From positions 1 to 63,618 of the forward strand of contig JANLYZ010000187.1 in assembly GCA_031365905.1 (NCBI GenBank): 63,618 nucleotides of DNA, written 5' to 3'. Both the position numbers and the translations under genes were made by a program. The stretch is from Chloracidobacterium sp. GTDB taxonomy: Bacteria > Acidobacteriota > Blastocatellia > Pyrinomonadales > Pyrinomonadaceae. The notes under the pieces were generated by a model. That model was given only the letters and a program-made list of their open reading frames with translations, was not told the origin of the DNA and ran no database searches. Positions 24,956-35,092 of this stretch are shown here, in pieces (position 1 is the stretch's first letter; each line of letters opens with the position of its first letter).

Positions 24956-26139
24956 GCTCTTTCGTGACTCACGCCGGAGACACGGGTCTCTAACACCTGG
25001 AGAGGCTGCGCCAGCAACTCGTAATACAAATCGAGTGTGTTTTGAAGATGCCGGCTACAAGAAAACTTCTCTTCGACGATCTGTCGCGCAAACTCGCCCA
25101 TCGCGGACGCGCGTTGCGGCTCGGTTAAAAGTTGAATGATTCGCTCGGCCATTTTTTCATCATCGCCGGCTGCCACTATGTAACCAGTTTCGCCTTCAAT
25201 CACTGCTTCGCGAGCGCCGCCCACATCCGTGACCACGACCGGTCGCGCTGCGGCCATATATTCGAGGATCGCGTTCGAAAAACCTTCGGCCCTTGAACTC
25301 AAGACACAGACGTCAGAAGCGAACAGCAACTCTGCAATGTTATGGCATCTGCCGATAAAGAAAACATCGTCTGCTAATCCAAGCTCATTGGCGAGGTTGC
25401 TCAGACCCGGTAGCAACTCGCCTTCGCCGGCAACAATAAATCCCGCGTCCGGAATCGTCGCGCGCACTCGCGCTGCCGCCCGCAAAAACATTGGGTGATC
25501 TTTTACGGGGTGACGCAGGTTCGCGACAATGGTTACGAAACGTCGCTGAGCTTGGCGCGGCAGACCAAGCAAGTTCAGCGCTTCATTGCGCTTGAGTCCG
25601 GCTGGGACTCTAACGCGCGCCGTATCCAGGCCGTTGTAATGCTGAACTATTTTTTGCGCGGGCACACCTTCTCGAATCAACTGCTGACGCACGGCTTCAG
25701 AATTAGCAACTACTCGATGCGCCAGCCGAAACTGGCCGCGTTCCACACGCTTTTGCATTGAAGTACGAAAGCCGTCCGTTTCTCCCTTGTACGTAACCCG
25801 CGCGGGCACGCCAGCCAGCGCCGCGGCCGTCATGCCGAAGATGTTGGTATAAAAACAGTGCGCGTGGACGACATCAATCTCGTTTTGTCTTAAGAAACGC
25901 GCGAAGCGACGCACCTGCATAACGAAATTTCGATCGTAGAAACTCGTGAGTGGGTATTCGGGAATTTCGCCGAGGCCGAGTCCATCGGCTTCGGCCCGCA
26001 GCGATCCCTTGTTCTGCAAACACGCGAGCCGCACGTGACAGCGGCCGCTCTCGCGCAACTGATGCACGAGTTGAATCGCCAGGCGTTCGGTGCCGCCTTG
26101 GTCGAAGCTGTCGATGATGTGAAGAACGTTTGGTTTCAA
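24952..26139 (-). CDS. Glycosyltransferase family 4
   Basis: LSSRAEGFSNAILEYMAAARPVVVTDVGGAREAV. Confidence 0.85.
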   Translation of the reverse strand: MKPNVLHIIDSFDQGGTERLAIQLVHQLRESGRCHVRLACLQNKGSLRAEADGLGLGEIPEYPLTSFYDRNFVMQVRRFARFLRQNEIDVVHAHCFYTNIFGMTAAALAGVPARVTYKGETDGFRTSMQKRVERGQFRLAHRVVANSEAVRQQLIREGVPAQKIVQHYNGLDTARVRVPAGLKRNEALNLLGLPRQAQRRFVTIVANLRHPVKDHPMFLRAAARVRATIPDAGFIVAGEGELLPGLSNLANELGLADDVFFIGRCHNIAELLFASDVCVLSSRAEGFSNAILEYMAAARPVVVTDVGGAREAVIEGETGYIVAAGDDEKMAERIIQLLTEPQRASAMGEFARQIVEEKFSCSRHLQNTLDLYYELLAQPLQVLETRVSGVSHERA

Positions 26140-26140
26140 C

Positions 26141-28087
26141 TTAAGCCACCATGGGAGCGAGCTGTTCGTTCAATCGATGGTCAACGGGAACTCGTTCGGA
26201 GGCGTCGAGAAACTTGCGGTGCCACAACTCAAGCATGAAGAGTGCCCACAACTCGGTGGCATGATCGCGCCGCCCGCGTTCGTGTTCGTCGAGCAGGAGG
26301 TTAACGTAACGCGGCTCGACAAATCCGCGCTGCATGGTGCGTGGTTCAGTCAGCGTACCGCGGACGCGTTCACGCAATTGTTCGTTAATCCATTGATCGA
26401 TGGGAACGCCGAAGCCCTGCTTGGGCCGGTTGAGGATTTCCGGGGGAACCAAATCCTGTACCGCTCGCTTGAAAATATATTTCGTCTCCAGCCCTTTCAT
26501 TTTCATGCTTGCGGGAATGCGCGTGCAGACAAACTCGATCAGTTTGTGATCGAGAAGCGGCACGCGCACTTCTAACGACGCAGCCATGCTCATGCGATCG
26601 ACTTTGGTAAGGATATCGCCGGGCAAGTATGTCTTGCTGTCGAGATAAAGTAGTGGATCAAGCGGATCATTCGCGCGCGAACGCCCGGCAATTGCTCTAA
26701 AGCTTGTGGCAGCTTCCAGCTTGCCTAACTGTTCCCGGAAATCATTCGTGTAAAGCGAAGGTCTGTTGAGTTTCGTAAAGATTGAGATGTCTTCGATGTA
26801 GCGATCGAGCGGTTCGAGCGCAACGTTGTGAATGTAATTGCGGCCCAACGCGCCGTGCGGAAGAACACGACCGATCGGCTGCATGACGCCTTCGCGCACA
26901 GCCCGCGGCAGGCGGGCAAAGCCACTGCGTTTTCGATCCAAAGCGTAGCGGGTATAGCCACCGAAAAGCTCGTCACCGCCGTCGCCAGAGAGCACCACCG
27001 TAACGAACTCGCGCGCAAGCTTTGAAACCATGTAGGTCGGAATCGCGGAGGAATCGGCGAAGGGTTCATCGAGGTGCCAGACCAGTTCGTCGACCACTTC
27101 GCAAATGTCGGGCGTGACGACAAACTCGTGGTGGTCTGTGCCAAACTGTTTCGCTGCGAGGCGCGCATATCTCAACTCGTTGTAGCTGTCTTCGTGAAAG
27201 CCGATTGAAAAGGTCTTCACCGGTTGCGCCAGATTTCGCGCCATCAGTCCGACGACGGTACTTGAATCCACGCCGCCCGATAGAAACGCTCCCAAAGGAA
27301 CGTCGGCGACCAGGCGCAGGCGCACTGCTTCATCAAGGAGCGCGCGCAGTTCTTCAAGACAGTCCGCTTCTTTCTGTGCCGGTTCAGCTTGAGCCTCACT
27401 GTAGGGGAAGTCCCAGTATTGCTCGATGCGTAAGCGGCCGCCGCTGAACTTAAGCTGATGACCGGGCGGCAATTTGTAAACATCACGGAAAATCGTTAAC
27501 GGATCGGGCACGTAACCAAACGTGAGATACGCGTCAAGAGCTTCGATGCTTAGCTCGCTGCGAAACTCCGGATGTTCGCGCAGGGATTTCAGTTCTGAAC
27601 CGAAGATTAGTGTGCCTGACGAGGTGACTGTGTAATAAAGCGGCTTCTTCCCGACGCGATCGCGAGCAATGAAGAGTTCGCGCCGGCGCGCGTCCCAAAT
27701 GGCGAAGGCAAACATGCCGCGCAGATGATCGACGCATTTCTCGCCGTATTCCTCGTAGGCGTGAACAATCGTCTCAGTATCGCAATTAGTTTGAAAGTGA
27801 TGCCCACTGCCTTCCAACTCTTTCTGCAAGTCGCGGTAGTTATAGATCTCGCCGTTGAAGACAATGGTGACTGCGCCGCCGCAGCCTGAGAGCGGCTGCT
27901 TGCCGCCAACCAAATCTATGATTGCGAGACGCCGCATGCCGAGTGCTGCCGGGCCTTCAACAAGCATGCCCTGATCGTCCGGACCGCGATGCGCGATCCG
28001 GCGACACATGCGGTCGAGGACGTCCACAGCGTCCGCTCGATTGCCTGCGAGGCTTTCCTGACCAACAAATCCGGCGATACCACACAT
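26141..28087 (-). CDS. asnB: Asparagine synthase (glutamine-hydrolysing) family amidotransferase, exosortase-locus type
   Basis: Starts MCGIAGFVG (Ntn Cys2), has GAFLSGGVDSS (PP-loop), 648 aa. The symbol denotes family only. A role in sugar amidation is inference. Confidence 0.85.
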   Translation of the reverse strand: MCGIAGFVGQESLAGNRADAVDVLDRMCRRIAHRGPDDQGMLVEGPAALGMRRLAIIDLVGGKQPLSGCGGAVTIVFNGEIYNYRDLQKELEGSGHHFQTNCDTETIVHAYEEYGEKCVDHLRGMFAFAIWDARRRELFIARDRVGKKPLYYTVTSSGTLIFGSELKSLREHPEFRSELSIEALDAYLTFGYVPDPLTIFRDVYKLPPGHQLKFSGGRLRIEQYWDFPYSEAQAEPAQKEADCLEELRALLDEAVRLRLVADVPLGAFLSGGVDSSTVVGLMARNLAQPVKTFSIGFHEDSYNELRYARLAAKQFGTDHHEFVVTPDICEVVDELVWHLDEPFADSSAIPTYMVSKLAREFVTVVLSGDGGDELFGGYTRYALDRKRSGFARLPRAVREGVMQPIGRVLPHGALGRNYIHNVALEPLDRYIEDISIFTKLNRPSLYTNDFREQLGKLEAATSFRAIAGRSRANDPLDPLLYLDSKTYLPGDILTKVDRMSMAASLEVRVPLLDHKLIEFVCTRIPASMKMKGLETKYIFKRAVQDLVPPEILNRPKQGFGVPIDQWINEQLRERVRGTLTEPRTMQRGFVEPRYVNLLLDEHERGRRDHATELWALFMLELWHRKFLDASERVPVDHRLNEQLAPMVA

Positions 28088-28121
28088 GAGAGTTTTCCTT
28101 AAACTAACGAACTTCGGGGCT

Positions 28122-29333
28122 CTATACCTCGCTGCTATGCGGTGTGATGATTGCCGCGCCCTGACCCGGATTTACCGCTTCGCGTATGGGCTCCCAACGC
28201 GCATAACGCTCGCCGCGCAAAAACTTGTAGCAGGCAATCATTGTGGCCAAATTTGCAAGAACAAAATATTGCGGAAGAGCCAATAGCCGAATGCGAAGTC
28301 CTGCAGCTTCAAGTACCCACCCTGCAAACGCACCCATATATCCTGCGAGTTGGATCAGGACGACGAGTAAATAGAAAGACGAACCCGCGCTTAGCAAAGC
28401 CGATGTGAACAGAATCGCAATCAGAAAGAATGGTACGAGGTAGCGCATCACCTTGTGCGATAGAAGCTGAAACCCATAGAAGCCGCTACGGAAGGGACTG
28501 AGCATTGCGCGATAACGCCACAGGTCCGTGAATGTTTGCGTGATAACTCGAACCCGCATCTGCAATTCCTTATTCGTGCGCCGGTTCGTTTCCTCAGTGC
28601 AGATGGCTTCAGGTTCGTAGACCGCGCGCAGGCCCTGTTCGACCATCTTGGTCGCAATGATAAAGTCACTACAGGCTTCGTTGTAGAGCGGCAGATACGC
28701 CGAGCGGCGCACCGCGTAAAGGCAGCCTGACGCCCCAATCAAAGAACTGACGCGGCTTTCATGACGCTTTAGAAAAGTCTCGTAATCCCAATATGAACGC
28801 GCACCAATGCCGATGCCTGAAGCTTCTGGATCCAGATACACCAAACGACCGGCAACACAGCCGACCGACTGATCCGCAAAGTTAGGCATCATTGCACGCA
28901 ACACGTCTCTTCGATAGAAACTGGTCGCATCGGAAAAGACAATTATCTCGCCTGACGCCTCTGCAACTGCGGCGTTCTGGGCAGCGGTCTTACCCAACCG
29001 TTCCGGCTGGCGGTGCAGGCGCACACCCTGCGCGCCAAACTCACGCGTGATCTCGTCAGTGCGGTCGCTTGAGCAGTCGGAAGCGACAATCACCTCGAGG
29101 CTGTCTTGCGGATAATCCAGCGCCAGAGTGTTTTCCAGCTTGGTAACCAGAGCGCGCTCCTCGTTATAAGCGGTGATAATTACGGTGACTCGCGGAGTCC
29201 AATCAGCGCGGCGCACTGTGCGCGGGCGCAGACTGCTGATGACAACGAGTAACAGTGGATACCCGACATACGTATAGACGAGCGCCGCAGTGCTCATCCA
29301 AAAAACCAAATCCGCTGCCGTTCTGAGATTCAT
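28122..29333 (-). CDS. Membrane-anchored glycosyltransferase family 2
   Basis: VTVIITAYNEERALVTKLENTLALDYP, SDCSSDRTDEI, FSDATSF and GASGCLYAVRRS, with TM segments at both ends. Confidence 0.85.
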   Translation of the reverse strand: MNLRTAADLVFWMSTAALVYTYVGYPLLLVVISSLRPRTVRRADWTPRVTVIITAYNEERALVTKLENTLALDYPQDSLEVIVASDCSSDRTDEITREFGAQGVRLHRQPERLGKTAAQNAAVAEASGEIIVFSDATSFYRRDVLRAMMPNFADQSVGCVAGRLVYLDPEASGIGIGARSYWDYETFLKRHESRVSSLIGASGCLYAVRRSAYLPLYNEACSDFIIATKMVEQGLRAVYEPEAICTEETNRRTNKELQMRVRVITQTFTDLWRYRAMLSPFRSGFYGFQLLSHKVMRYLVPFFLIAILFTSALLSAGSSFYLLVVLIQLAGYMGAFAGWVLEAAGLRIRLLALPQYFVLANLATMIACYKFLRGERYARWEPIREAVNPGQGAAIITPHSSEV

Positions 29334-30898
29334 GTTCTTACCGTTCCACTTTCTCGGCCGGTCAGCGGAGCAATGCGACGAGCAGCGTGCTCAACAGTTT
29401 TTCGCTCTCGTGGAATCACAAATCTTCCAGCTTCCGCTTCATATAGGCGTCGCAAACAAACTGCATAGGCAACCAGGTAATAGACGTACCAGAGATACGC
29501 CACCGACGCGAAAAAGCTGCAAAACATATAGCCGACGATTGAAGCTTGCAATCCAATCGCTAAATAGTAAAAAGACGAATTAGCCCTCGCGCCGAAGGAT
29601 TCCCGCGCAATCTGTCCCAGCTTTCTGAGTGGCGAAACGATAAACGCGGTGTAGCAGATGAGCGCCAGCAGACCCATCTCGGCCGCTACCTGCGTGTATG
29701 AATTGTGAGTAACCAAGCCCCGGTATGACATTTCGGGGGCATAGTTTCCCATTCCAATACCGAGGAGTGGATGACGAAGCGCCACGTACAAAGACCGTAA
29801 TAGCTCTCCGCGCCGGGCATCTGCGGAGCCGACCGGATCCAGGCTGGGGACCAGGATTGAAGCGAGGCGTAGGGCGTAGCCACTTGGCGCGATAGCCAGG
29901 AAACCAGCAAACAGAACCAGGGTGCCAATCATCAATACCGGTCTGTGTTTGGGGGCCGCCCGCCAGCATAGGAACATCATTGCCACCACCAGTCCAATAA
30001 ATGCGCCCCGCGAATAAGTGAGCATGATAGCTACTATCATCAGGGCGACCAATGCGCCGTAGAGGAACTTAACCGCGAAGTTGCGTGAGCTGAGCAAGAA
30101 GGCAATGGCAATGGGCACTAAGGTGACAAGGTGCAGTGCCATATCATTTGAGTTGCCGAAGATTCCCTGACCGACGCCAGCAACCCGATAGCCCTCGACA
30201 GTCATGAGACCAAGCCGGTAATCATTAATTGCGCCGGCGCTCAACCAGATGCCGGTCAAGAGTGCGAGCAGCAGCAAGCCTTTCAAACGGGCTTCAGTCC
30301 GCACCACATTAACGATCACGACAAAGATCACAATGCATCGTATGAAGGTGCCGCTGAACTCAACCCAGGCTTCCTGGCGATTGATAGCGAGCGGAATAGA
30401 AAGCAAGCCAGTGAGGCAAAACAGGAGAACAAGATTTACTTCGGTCGGACGCGCGGTCAGCGTGCCTTCCAATGAAAGCTGAGTAGGCAGGAAGAAGGCC
30501 AGCGTGGCGAGGGCGGTGATCAGCGCTAACGACGCCGTGATTGGCGACGGATAAAACTCTCCCGGCCGAGCATAAAGCAAGACCGTAAAGAGAAAGAGTG
30601 CGGCATACGACAGACTGTGGCCGCGTCTCAAACTCCATTGACCTTTTGTCGGCTGAGGAGACTGAATGGCCTCAACCTTTTTTGTAAGTGGACTCGCAAT
30701 CGTTTGCGTCGAAGGGCCTGGAGGCAACCAGTTTCGGGATTCTGTTAGTTGGGCCGTTGGTGTGCCTGCGTCCAGTGGCCGTGTGCGCGCCTGTGACGAA
30801 GGTCGCACTGCTTCGTAGTCAGACTCCGCCGCAGGCCGTCGCGCAGGTCCACGAGACAACTCCGAATCAAAACCTAATTGTTCTGATCTCCGCCTCAC
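29330..30898 (-). CDS. O-antigen ligase/polymerase-like (Wzy_C) membrane protein
   Basis: LTYSRGAFIGLVVAMMFL core motif, more than 10 TM segments, and a roughly 95-aa hydrophilic N-terminal extension. GTG start, not verified. Confidence 0.75.
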   Translation of the reverse strand: MRRRSEQLGFDSELSRGPARRPAAESDYEAVRPSSQARTRPLDAGTPTAQLTESRNWLPPGPSTQTIASPLTKKVEAIQSPQPTKGQWSLRRGHSLSYAALFLFTVLLYARPGEFYPSPITASLALITALATLAFFLPTQLSLEGTLTARPTEVNLVLLFCLTGLLSIPLAINRQEAWVEFSGTFIRCIVIFVVIVNVVRTEARLKGLLLLALLTGIWLSAGAINDYRLGLMTVEGYRVAGVGQGIFGNSNDMALHLVTLVPIAIAFLLSSRNFAVKFLYGALVALMIVAIMLTYSRGAFIGLVVAMMFLCWRAAPKHRPVLMIGTLVLFAGFLAIAPSGYALRLASILVPSLDPVGSADARRGELLRSLYVALRHPLLGIGMGNYAPEMSYRGLVTHNSYTQVAAEMGLLALICYTAFIVSPLRKLGQIARESFGARANSSFYYLAIGLQASIVGYMFCSFFASVAYLWYVYYLVAYAVCLRRLYEAEAGRFVIPRERKTVEHAARRIAPLTGRESGTVRT

Positions 30899-31042
30899 TT
30901 AACCCTTCCGCGACATCGTGTTGCTGTTGAATCTTCTGAAACTACTAAAATCAAAAGAAGCTGCTACGCCGGAACGCGTTGCAGCCTCGACTTGCAGTTT
31001 GAATAACAGGCTTCGGAAAGTAGCCCGAGAAGCCTATGAAAG

Positions 31043-32239
31043 TTAGACTGCTACTTCATCTTCTTCGCCGACCAGGACAAGCTCCTTAACGCGCTCACGT
31101 AGTGCGCCTTCGAATCTGCGGGCCTCCTCAACCTGTGAGAACGAAAGTGCCCGTAACTCCTGTTCGATTCGCCGGCGATAGTCCGACACCAGTGAATCGG
31201 AGACTCCTAAAACAGCCGCGACTTCAAGCTGCGTGGAATGCTGCGGGCTCAGGTAGCAGTGCCACAAGACTCCAAGTATGCGGTTGTATTGTTTGACCTT
31301 GCCGCGAACAGTTTCGTGCAGGTGACTGAGAAAGTGGTCAACAGATCCGGCGGCTTCGTCTTCCGACTCGCGTCGCAAGAGGCCCTGTTCGGGATCTTCA
31401 CCCTTGTCCACCGGCTGAAAATGATTGCCGTCGCCATCATTGTCGTCGCCATCGAGGGGCACGAGGTAAATATCCATGACCGGGAGTCGCGACATAACGA
31501 GACTGCGCAGGGCACGCACGTCAACTGGCGAGTCCACCGCGTCCAGGACAGAAACAATGAGGTCTTCGAGATCTGAATTACTGATAACGACCTGCGAGTC
31601 GCCGGTGCAGCCAACCATTCGCGTATCGCGAGCACGAACTGAAATCATATGCACGCGCTGCTCTACGTCGTGTGAGTCGCGGCGACGCTTGCCGTCGATC
31701 CATTCACTAAGTCCATAAACGCGGTCGGCGAGTCGACGATGAGGTTCATCACCGCTGCCGCTCGAGTCAAAGCGACGGAAGTTTGAACTGGACTGGATAA
31801 GCGTGGAAATGCGGCGGGCGAGGCGATAGCTTTCGGGATGACGCTTCCGCAGTTCCGCTGTGAGCAGATTAGTTAGTTCAATCTGCCCAATTTCGCATTC
31901 AATTTCGTAATCGGTCATCTCCGTTTCGAGATAATGCTCAAAACGATTCTTGCTGAGTAGTTGAACAAAGAGTTCCTGAGTAAGATCGGTGTAGGCGGTG
32001 GTTGCACCTTCCTCCACCAGCAGGCCCGCACTTCGCGAGGCTCTTACCAAAGGATGGTGGGAAACGATGCGATGGAGTTCCGACCAGAGTCGATTGACAT
32101 CCGAGCAGCGCAGGCTCTCAACCCACTTGCCACTCTTCGCCATTCGCTCGGCGGTGCGTTTGGCGCGGGCAGTCTGCGGCACCTGACTGACGGGGGCCAA
32201 CTCAGCTTCTTTTGTGACGTCGTGACTTAGGGATTTCAC
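31043..32239 (-). CDS. Hypothetical regulator with sigma-70 region-2-like and region-4-like segments split by a large acidic insert
   Basis: DLTQELFVQLL ... ELTNLLTAELRKRHPE resembles ECF region 2. LGVLWHCYLSPQHSTQLEVAAVLGVSDSLVSDYRRRIEQELRAL resembles a region-4 HTH. The roughly 180 aa between them include DGDDNDGDGNH. Judged by eye only. Confidence 0.4.
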   Translation of the reverse strand: MKSLSHDVTKEAELAPVSQVPQTARAKRTAERMAKSGKWVESLRCSDVNRLWSELHRIVSHHPLVRASRSAGLLVEEGATTAYTDLTQELFVQLLSKNRFEHYLETEMTDYEIECEIGQIELTNLLTAELRKRHPESYRLARRISTLIQSSSNFRRFDSSGSGDEPHRRLADRVYGLSEWIDGKRRRDSHDVEQRVHMISVRARDTRMVGCTGDSQVVISNSDLEDLIVSVLDAVDSPVDVRALRSLVMSRLPVMDIYLVPLDGDDNDGDGNHFQPVDKGEDPEQGLLRRESEDEAAGSVDHFLSHLHETVRGKVKQYNRILGVLWHCYLSPQHSTQLEVAAVLGVSDSLVSDYRRRIEQELRALSFSQVEEARRFEGALRERVKELVLVGEEDEVAV

Positions 32240-32801
32240 AAGGATTGTTCTTTGGTAATGAAATTAAGGATGGGACTTCACGTGGCCGAGAACTCTGCGA
32301 CGTGGGCACCTGGACAACGGCTCCGGCTCGAGCGAAGCTTTTGCAAGGAGACAAGAGCCTTAGTAAGGCAACTAGAGTGTCTTTCGTGTGTCTTGAAGTA
32401 GCCTTGGGGAATAACGCCGGCTAAGTCATTGTGATTTTGCCCGAGTAAATCCTGAGAAAATCAGGAGGGCTGATCCTGGAACGAGCGTCGGAGAGCAGGC
32501 GCTCCCTGACTTGACGGCGAGCATCTTAGCAACATTCCGGGGTTTGAGCAACATGTTTTTACATTTCCCTCAAGTTATTGATTCCAGACCACAAAAAGGA
32601 GGGTTAAGGCGGGGAAAGTTTTGGAATTGGCGAATGATTAACCCTATTAGGTTCTTGAACAAGTGGGATCACTGCGCGGTTCGTTTTGGTTGAGGCTTAT
32701 GGCAAACTTGCCCCTTTGCCCTCCTCAATCCCTCAAGGAAACTGTATTTTCTAAGTCTGATCAATCAACCTGATCGTTCTGCCAGATCAGCGGGGCAAAT
32801 C

Positions 32802-33134
32802 ATGAAGGCTGCAAGCGTAAGATCATTCAGCAAGAAACTGGCTTGCCCATCTTCCAACCTCTTACTCTCCTTTCAGCAACAGACACTCGCCCCCGAAATT
32901 AACTTCCTGGTCAAACATCACCTCGCTGGTTGTGATTTTTGTTATTGCGAAATCCCGTTACTCAGAGCCTATAGGCCGCCGTTCAAGGGAGAATGTCGCG
33001 CGCCTGAGTTGCCGATCAACTTGCGAGTTTTGGCGGAGTCGATTCTGGGACAGGACAGGTCAGCCAAGGTTGTCGCCGAAAGTTGTGCTGCTGCGGGACT
33101 AACGTTCACTCAGGTGGGCGGCGACGAGAGCTAG
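32802..33134 (+). CDS. Small zf-HC2 (ZAS-type anti-sigma-like) protein without a TM segment
   Basis: HHLAGCDFC matches the H-x3-C-x2-C zinc motif of anti-sigma factors. 110 aa, divergent from the sigma-like gene. Confidence 0.45.
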   Translation: MKAASVRSFSKKLACPSSNLLLSFQQQTLAPEINFLVKHHLAGCDFCYCEIPLLRAYRPPFKGECRAPELPINLRVLAESILGQDRSAKVVAESCAAAGLTFTQVGGDES

Positions 33135-33193
33135 AATCTGGATTGACTGCGCACGCGAAGTCTGTTCAATACGGCAAATCTTTCCGACCGCAA

Positions 33194-35032
33194 CTAGGAG
33201 TAGAGTTCTTCGATCAACTCGCCAAACTTTTGATCGATTACGCGTCTCTTGACCTTGAGCGTTGGCGTCAGTTCGCCACGGTCAATCGAAAACTCCTCGG
33301 GCAGCAAAGCGATCCGGCGGATGCGTTCATAGTCGGCAAGCTCTCGCGTCAGCAAGGCAACGTCGCTTTGCACTAACTTAATTGCGGTTGGAAACTGAGC
33401 AAGTGCAGCTCGGTCCACGGGAAACTTTTCGTGATTGTCAGATAACGCTTGTCTTACCGCTTCCCACTCCGGAACAATCAAGGCCACGGGCTGCTTACGA
33501 CCGGCTCCCACCACTACCACCTGGCTTACGTACTCGCTCTGCTTCAACAGACTTTCGATCTGTTGCGGCGCAACGTATTTTCCGTTTGAGAGTTTAAATA
33601 GATCCTTCTTGCGATCGGTAATGTAGAGGTGGCCGGCTTTATCAACGTGGCCGACGTCACCAGTAGCGAACCAGTCGTCCTGCAAGACTGCAGCCGTCTC
33701 TTCTGGATGGCCGTAGTAACCTCGCATGATGTTCGGGCCGCGCAAGAGAATCTCGCCATCATCCGCGATCTTGACATCAATCCCAGCGAAAGGCAGCCCC
33801 ACCGATCCAACTTGGTTATTGTCGGGGCGATTGGCCGAGACGATACATGTCTCAGTTGCGCCATAGCCCTGCAGGATCGGAATGCCGGCGGCGAGAAACG
33901 CATAGGACAATGCAGGTGAAAGGGGAGCACCGCCGGAAACAAAGTATCGCAAACGGCCGCCCACGCCTTCACGCCATTTCGAAAACACCAGCTTGCTCGC
34001 CATTCTTTGTTGCATGGCCAGCGCCGGCCCGACAAGTTTTCCCTTGTCCTTCGCTTCGGCATAACGCTGGCCGACTTCCAGCGAGCGCACAAAGACGCGT
34101 CGCTTCCAGCCTTTTTGCGAAAAGCCCTTCTTCACGATCTTGTGATAAACCTTCTCGAACAAACGCGGCACCGCGGTCATGACCGTAGGTCTGACTTCAC
34201 GTAGATTCTCCGCAACCTGATCAAAAGAGGCGGTGTAATAGACCGACACGCCGCTATAACAGAAAATGTAAAAGCCGGTGCGCTCAAAGATATGCGAAAG
34301 CGGCAACACAGATAAAGCGATGTCGGTTGACGAAATCGGGAGACCGCTCGTGGTTGCGAGAACATTGGAGACGAAGTTGGCGTGCGTTAGCATTACGCCC
34401 TTTGGTTCACCCGTCGTGCCCGAAGTGTAAATTATTGTCGCCAGATCTTCGGACCTGATTGCCTTCAGATAAGCGCCAAAGGCCGACGGCTTATTTATGG
34501 CGCGCTCCTGTCCGCTCTTCTCCAACAGATCAAGCGTAGTTGATTGTTCAATACCCTCGGCGGCGGCCGCGTCGAAAAAAATAAGCTTCTCAAGAAAGTC
34601 GAGGCCCGTCAGCGCTTCCTTGGCGTGCTTGAAAAGTTTCTGGTTTGAAACGAAGATCGCGCGCGTTCCGGAATCGGTGAGGATGTAACGGATCTGATCA
34701 ACTGCCTGCGTCGTGTAAATGGGAACGTTAATAGCGCCGAGACTCAGGATAGCGAGATCCGCAATTGACCATTCGGGCCGGTTTTCCGAAAGGAGTGCGA
34801 TGCGATCGCCGGGTTTGATTCCCATGGCAGCCAGACCAAGCGCGACATTTCGCACGCGCTCGACAAAAGTTTCAGCCGAAATATTTCTCCAATCGCTGCC
34901 AACCTTGTGATTGAGCGCGTCTTGCTTTGCATGTTTCAAAACAGCGGCAAGACAGAGTCCAGGCAGCGAGGTGGCCACGGCAGACTCGCGCTGCTTGCTG
35001 GTTTCTATTTTGGCCGAAGCGGTTGAAGCCAA
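33194..35032 (-). CDS. Long-chain acyl-CoA ligase (AMP-forming, FadD/FAA1-like)
   Basis: IIYTSGTTGEPKGVMLTHANF, GYGATET, TGDVG, and C-terminal ELTPTLKVKRRVI. Confidence 0.9.
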   Translation of the reverse strand: MASTASAKIETSKQRESAVATSLPGLCLAAVLKHAKQDALNHKVGSDWRNISAETFVERVRNVALGLAAMGIKPGDRIALLSENRPEWSIADLAILSLGAINVPIYTTQAVDQIRYILTDSGTRAIFVSNQKLFKHAKEALTGLDFLEKLIFFDAAAAEGIEQSTTLDLLEKSGQERAINKPSAFGAYLKAIRSEDLATIIYTSGTTGEPKGVMLTHANFVSNVLATTSGLPISSTDIALSVLPLSHIFERTGFYIFCYSGVSVYYTASFDQVAENLREVRPTVMTAVPRLFEKVYHKIVKKGFSQKGWKRRVFVRSLEVGQRYAEAKDKGKLVGPALAMQQRMASKLVFSKWREGVGGRLRYFVSGGAPLSPALSYAFLAAGIPILQGYGATETCIVSANRPDNNQVGSVGLPFAGIDVKIADDGEILLRGPNIMRGYYGHPEETAAVLQDDWFATGDVGHVDKAGHLYITDRKKDLFKLSNGKYVAPQQIESLLKQSEYVSQVVVVGAGRKQPVALIVPEWEAVRQALSDNHEKFPVDRAALAQFPTAIKLVQSDVALLTRELADYERIRRIALLPEEFSIDRGELTPTLKVKRRVIDQKFGELIEELYS

Positions 35033-35092
35033 GTTTGGCGTCTCCTCTCGTTAACTCTGTTTGGTATAGAAACTCGCAGCGTGGCGATGATA

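Noticed and set aside
32511-32693. Plus-strand 60-aa ORF in the sigma/anti-sigma intergenic region.
   Set aside because: It has no RBS, no motif, and a composition unlike the neighbouring genes. It is treated as non-coding pending expression data.
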